Shown: piece by piece, positions 60,599 through 64,000 of the stretch
How the letters are laid out: every line of letters begins with the position of its first letter
Numbering within the stretch: the first letter of the stretch is position 1
NCBI GenBank assembly: GCA_034437215.1
Contig: DAOTVC010000079.1
Span: 17,845 to 81,844 of the forward strand
Length of the DNA stretch: 64,000 bases
Reading direction: 5' to 3'
Origin: Anaerolineae bacterium
GTDB lineage: Bacteria; Chloroflexota; Anaerolineae; B4-G1; SLSP01
Program-made: the position numbers and the translations under genes
The notes under the pieces: generated by a model
What the model was told of the DNA's origin: nothing
What the model saw: only the letters and a program-made list of their open reading frames with translations
Database searches by the model: none

Positions 60599-61393
60599 AT
60601 GCCAAACAAGTACTTGGCGCGCGAGGATGCGCCTTTTGGATCGGAACTGTGGAATCAGCTGGATAAGGTGATGAAGGATGCGGCCAAGGCGCAGCTCGTA
60701 GGCCGCCGGCTGCTGGATGTGGAAGGGCCTTATGGCTTGGGGTTGAAGGCCATACCGCTGCCCGACCCTGAGATTGAAGGCGACTCAGGTATCACCATTG
60801 GGGGGATGTTGCCCCTGGCCTGGATCGAGAGGGTTTTCACGTTGGGGGTGCGGGACCTGGCCGCCTACGAACGGGATCAGGTCGTTCTGAGCACCAGCCG
60901 CGTCGCTGAGGCCGCCGTCGAGGTAGCACGCCTGGAGGATGAGCTGATCTTCCGGGGAGCGCAGGGGATGGATGGGCTGATGACGGTTGAGGGTGCGAAC
61001 CACGTCAACCTCTCGGGCTGGGAGGAGGTGGGTACCGCTGCCGATGACATCATCGGGGCCATTACCACCCTGGACGAAGCCGGTTTCCACGGCCCGTACA
61101 CTCTGGCGCTGGCGCCCGGACGCTACAACGCGCTCTTCCGCCTCTACGGGCAGCAGAATCGGAGTGAGTTGGAGCACATTCGGATGATGGTGACGGATGG
61201 CGTCTATAAGGCTCCCATCCTCGACGACGGGGGTGTCCTGGTCGCTACCGATCGCCTCTCTGCGACGATTATCCTGGGGCAGGATATGACGGTAGGCTTC
61301 ATCGGTCCCGTCGGTCCGCGAATCGAGATGACGATCTCCGAAAGCCTCACCCTGCGTATTCGGCGTCCGAACGCCATCTGCGTCCTAGGGTAG
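60599..61393 (+). CDS. Family 1 encapsulin shell protein (linocin M18-like)
   Basis: L.RE.APF...W, L.GRR..DVEGPYGLG, ARLED.LIF.G, G..GPY.L, IGQD-like LGQD...G, SE..TLRI..P.AI. Confidence 0.92.
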   Translation: MPNKYLAREDAPFGSELWNQLDKVMKDAAKAQLVGRRLLDVEGPYGLGLKAIPLPDPEIEGDSGITIGGMLPLAWIERVFTLGVRDLAAYERDQVVLSTSRVAEAAVEVARLEDELIFRGAQGMDGLMTVEGANHVNLSGWEEVGTAADDIIGAITTLDEAGFHGPYTLALAPGRYNALFRLYGQQNRSELEHIRMMVTDGVYKAPILDDGGVLVATDRLSATIILGQDMTVGFIGPVGPRIEMTISESLTLRIRRPNAICVLG

Positions 61394-61404
61394 TTGTGGA
61401 TGGG

Positions 61405-61438
61405 AACACGTGGGTCGGCGCGCTCCGGCCCACGTGTT
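61405..61438 (+). terminator. Terminator after encapsulin
   Basis: AACACGTGGGTCGG-CGCGCT-CCGGCCCACGTGTT. Confidence 0.7.
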
Positions 61439-61462
61439 TGTTCCCGGGTCCATGCGCCACGA

Positions 61463-61490
61463 TTGACAAGCCGGTCACCTTGATTATAAT
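61463..61490 (+). promoter_or_regulatory. Consensus sigmaA promoter of the rubrerythrin-like gene
   Basis: TTGACA-N16-TATAAT. Confidence 0.75.
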
Positions 61491-61637
61491 GTAGATAAAC
61501 ATATATTTAATAGGGTGATCGTTGCACGGTCGGCTGAGGTTCTAGGCCATCTTGTCCTCTCCCGAATCTTGGAGTGATTTGACAGAGGACGAGTCCTGCG
61601 CACCACATACAATCACTATTCACAAGGAGGTACGTTC

Positions 61638-62114
61638 ATGGATTGGCTGGACACACTTAACAAGGCGATGAAGTTAGAGCAGGACGGACGGAGATTTTAC
61701 CTTCAGGCTGCACAGATGAGCGATGATGCGGAGGCGCAGGAGATGTTCCGCCGTTTAGCCGACGACGAGCTCAATCACTATAACTACCTGCAGCGTGAGT
61801 ATGCCTCGCTCCTCTGCGATGAGCGTTGGTGTGTTATCCCTGAGTTGGAGGGTGTAGAGCCCGTGGACGTCGAGCAGCCCATCTTTCCTGAGAAGGATCT
61901 CTCCGAAGCGCTGGGGGAGGACGCCACGCTAGAAAATGTTCTCATCTTTGCTCTCGACGCGGAGGACAAGAGTATCAAGCTCTACCAGGAGAGTGCCGAT
62001 AAGGTCCAGGACCCGCAGGCCAAGGAGCTTTTCAGAAAGCTCTCTGCTGCGGAGATGGGACACTTTTCCACGGTTATGCAGCGCTATGAATCATTCTTCG
62101 GTTATCCTCGTTAG
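61638..62114 (+). CDS. Rubrerythrin-like/ferritin-family di-iron protein without rubredoxin domain
   Basis: A...EQDG..FY, LADDE..H, AL.AE..S..LY, L..AEMGH four-helix pattern. Confidence 0.87.
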   Translation: MDWLDTLNKAMKLEQDGRRFYLQAAQMSDDAEAQEMFRRLADDELNHYNYLQREYASLLCDERWCVIPELEGVEPVDVEQPIFPEKDLSEALGEDATLENVLIFALDAEDKSIKLYQESADKVQDPQAKELFRKLSAAEMGHFSTVMQRYESFFGYPR

Positions 62115-62167
62115 GATAAACCTCGATTCAGACTGTTCGAACGCCATTCCAAGTAAAGGAGGAAAGC

Positions 62168-62776
62168 ATGGAGAACGAGTTCTACTATGCACAGGTAGGA
62201 CAGCCGGCCCCCAACTTCACCGTCAAGGGCCTCGTCGGTGAAAAGATCCAGGACGTCAGCCTCGATGACTACGAGGGCAAGTGGGTCGTGCTCTTCTTCT
62301 ATCCGGGCGACTTCACCTTTGTCTGCCCCACCGAGCTGGTCGCCCTCGCCGAGCGGTATCAGGAGTTCCAGAATGTGGGTGTCGAGGTCTTGGGCTTCAG
62401 CGTCGACTCCCCGCACGTTCACAAGGCCTGGCAGGAGCACGAGCTCTCGAAGATGGTCGAGGGTGGAATTCCCTATCCGATGCTCTCCGATAAGGGGGGC
62501 GAGGTGGGGGAGATGTACCTGGTGTACGATCCTGAGGCGGGTATTGATCTGCGCGGGTTCTTCATTATTGATCCCGATGGAATTCTGCAGGTCGCCGAGG
62601 TGCTGAACGAGTCCATGGGGCGGGATGTGAGCGAGATGTTACGGTTGATTCGGGGCGCGCAGTACGTCTATTCGCGCCGCGATGAGGCTCTGCCCGCTTG
62701 CTGGCAGCCGGGTCAGCAGACTCTCAAGCCGGGTGAGGAGCTCGTCGGTAAGGTCTGGACGACCTGGAAGACCTAG
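62168..62776 (+). CDS. Peroxiredoxin (AhpC/Prx1 type)
   Basis: FFYPGDFTFVCPTE, SVDS, YPMLSD, R..FIIDPDG. Confidence 0.93.
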   Translation: MENEFYYAQVGQPAPNFTVKGLVGEKIQDVSLDDYEGKWVVLFFYPGDFTFVCPTELVALAERYQEFQNVGVEVLGFSVDSPHVHKAWQEHELSKMVEGGIPYPMLSDKGGEVGEMYLVYDPEAGIDLRGFFIIDPDGILQVAEVLNESMGRDVSEMLRLIRGAQYVYSRRDEALPACWQPGQQTLKPGEELVGKVWTTWKT

Positions 62777-62802
62777 TTTTAGGCCTAGCTACCGGTGCAT
62801 AA

Positions 62803-62840
62803 GAGGCTGAGCTAGCCCCCCGGGGGGCTAGCTCAGCCTC
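62803..62840. repeat. Perfect 38-bp loopless palindrome
   Basis: GAGGCTGAGCTAGCCCCCC|GGGGGGCTAGCTCAGCCTC. Confidence 0.9.
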
Positions 62841-62860
62841 CCGTCAGGAGAGGAGAGATC

Positions 62861-63460
62861 GTGAGCAAGCTGAAGGAGATGCATACGCCGATTTTTTGGG
62901 CAGAGGGTCATCCGGGACCCCTCTCCCGGGAGGGATGGCAGGTTCAGATCACCGGCCTGGTGGAGGAACCTACTACCTTTACCTTTGACGAGCTTCTCTC
63001 CTTGTCCAGGTCGGTCGCCGACGCACGTTTGACCTCGGTCACCCGTTGGTCGGTGCGGGGGAACTGGGGCGGTGTCCACCTGCGAGAGATCTTCGACCGC
63101 GTGGGGCTGAAGCCGGAGGCCTCCCACGTCAACTTCATCTCCTATCGCCAGATCTACACGACCGCCATCCCGCTGGAGGTCGCGCTGCGAGAGCGAACGT
63201 TGCTGGCCTACGAGTTCGACGGCGAGCCTCTATCCTCCGACTACGGCGGGCCTATCCGGGCCTTCGTCCCCTATCTCTGGGGGTACAAGTCTGCCAAGAG
63301 CGTCGTCGGTGTGGAGCTCTTGGATCGTGCGCTGCCCGGATATTGGGAGGTGAGGGGCTATCCCGACGACGCGCAGATCCAACCGGGGCGGGTCCACGAC
63401 GTCAACACCCATCGTTGGCGCCAGATGCCCGGAGGTGAAGTGCGGGAGTTTCTGGACTGA
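62861..63460 (+). CDS. Sulfite oxidase-family molybdopterin-binding domain protein (Cys ligand position is Ser)
   Basis: W...I.GLVE, W.GV.L, LLAYE.DGEPL...YGGPIR, GYKSAK, GYWEVRGY; LTSVTRWS at the HCVT.WS position. Confidence 0.85.
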   Translation: MSKLKEMHTPIFWAEGHPGPLSREGWQVQITGLVEEPTTFTFDELLSLSRSVADARLTSVTRWSVRGNWGGVHLREIFDRVGLKPEASHVNFISYRQIYTTAIPLEVALRERTLLAYEFDGEPLSSDYGGPIRAFVPYLWGYKSAKSVVGVELLDRALPGYWEVRGYPDDAQIQPGRVHDVNTHRWRQMPGGEVREFLD

Positions 63461-63462
63461 GC

Positions 63463-64000
63463 ATGCCCGAGCTACCCGAAGTCGAAACGATTGTGCGCAA
63501 ACTGCGACCTCACCTGGAGGGGCGCGTCTTCACGGAGGTCGAGCTGCTCTGGGAGGGCGTGGTGGATCGCCCCGACGCTGTGTCCTTGTGCGAGCAGACG
63601 GTGGGGGCCAAGATCGTAGCACTCGGGCGGCGGGGCAAGTTCTTGATCTTCACTCTGGAGAGCGGAGCGCATCTGCTCATTCACCTGCGGATGACGGGCA
63701 AGTTTCTGGTCCACCCACCCGGTGAGGAGCCCGAAGATGACGTCCACACTCGCGCCCTCTTCAGAATGGACGACGGCACCGGGTTGGTCTACGTCGATAC
63801 CCGTAAGTTCGGGCGTTTCTACCTCGTGGATGATCCGGAGGAGGTGGTGGGCGCGCTGGGCCCCGAGCCGTTGGGGGAGAGTTTCACGGCGGAGACCTTT
63901 GCGGAACGTCTGGTGGGCAGGCGGGGCGAGATCAAACGGCTGTTACTCAACCAGCACTTTATCGCCGGATTGGGGAACATCTATGTCAGCGAGGCGCTTT
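63463..64000 (+). CDS. mutM: Formamidopyrimidine-DNA glycosylase (runs off window end; not in ORF track)
   Basis: MPELPEVET N-terminus, RRGKFL, HLRMTG, D.RKFG, LGPEPL, LLNQ..IAGLGNIY. Confidence 0.96.
   Translation, partial: MPELPEVETIVRKLRPHLEGRVFTEVELLWEGVVDRPDAVSLCEQTVGAKIVALGRRGKFLIFTLESGAHLLIHLRMTGKFLVHPPGEEPEDDVHTRALFRMDDGTGLVYVDTRKFGRFYLVDDPEEVVGALGPEPLGESFTAETFAERLVGRRGEIKRLLLNQHFIAGLGNIYVSEAL

Noticed and set aside
61638-62114. Rubrerythrin-like protein or SOR as additional encapsulin cargo
   Set aside because: Neither has a GSL-type terminal peptide, and a terminator plus new promoter separates the rubrerythrin-like gene from the shell gene.
57877-63460. Selenocysteine recoding in the redox genes
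   Set aside because: No in-frame TGA at catalytic positions; peroxiredoxin Cys is TGC and the Moco protein has TCG.

Overview
64-kb, roughly 60% GC bacterial chromosomal window of mostly housekeeping character. It is probably from a Chloroflexota/Anaerolineae organism (inferred from YFPETGH-type repeats, TVVVTATP-style ABC lipoproteins and overall gene repertoire). It contains lon, folC, tsaD, holB, trmD, hflX-rlmE-sbcC-mscL, rpsO-pnp, clpC, xerC and a partial mutM. Two ncRNAs are readable from sequence: tmRNA (tag ANTMANTWAPVAVAA) and a 6S RNA. I found no CRISPR array, prophage, tRNA or intact transposase, only small REP/MITE-like repeats. Two accessory systems stand out. (1) A 14.5-kb block of two convergent Opp/Dpp-type peptide uptake units apparently sharing one ATPase pair. 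Each unit is preceded by a small, mutually similar anti-sigma-like ORF, and both ends carry the same ECF-type promoter (TGAACC-N17-GTAT[A/C]T), one of them in front of the ECF sigma gene itself. (2) An oxidative-stress island (Bcp, superoxide reductase, ferritin-like cargo plus family 1 encapsulin, rubrerythrin-like protein, peroxiredoxin, a Moco-domain protein lacking the Mo-ligating Cys, MutM). Several small ORFs absent from the ORF track were also found. All family assignments come from motif recognition by eye; no database search was run.
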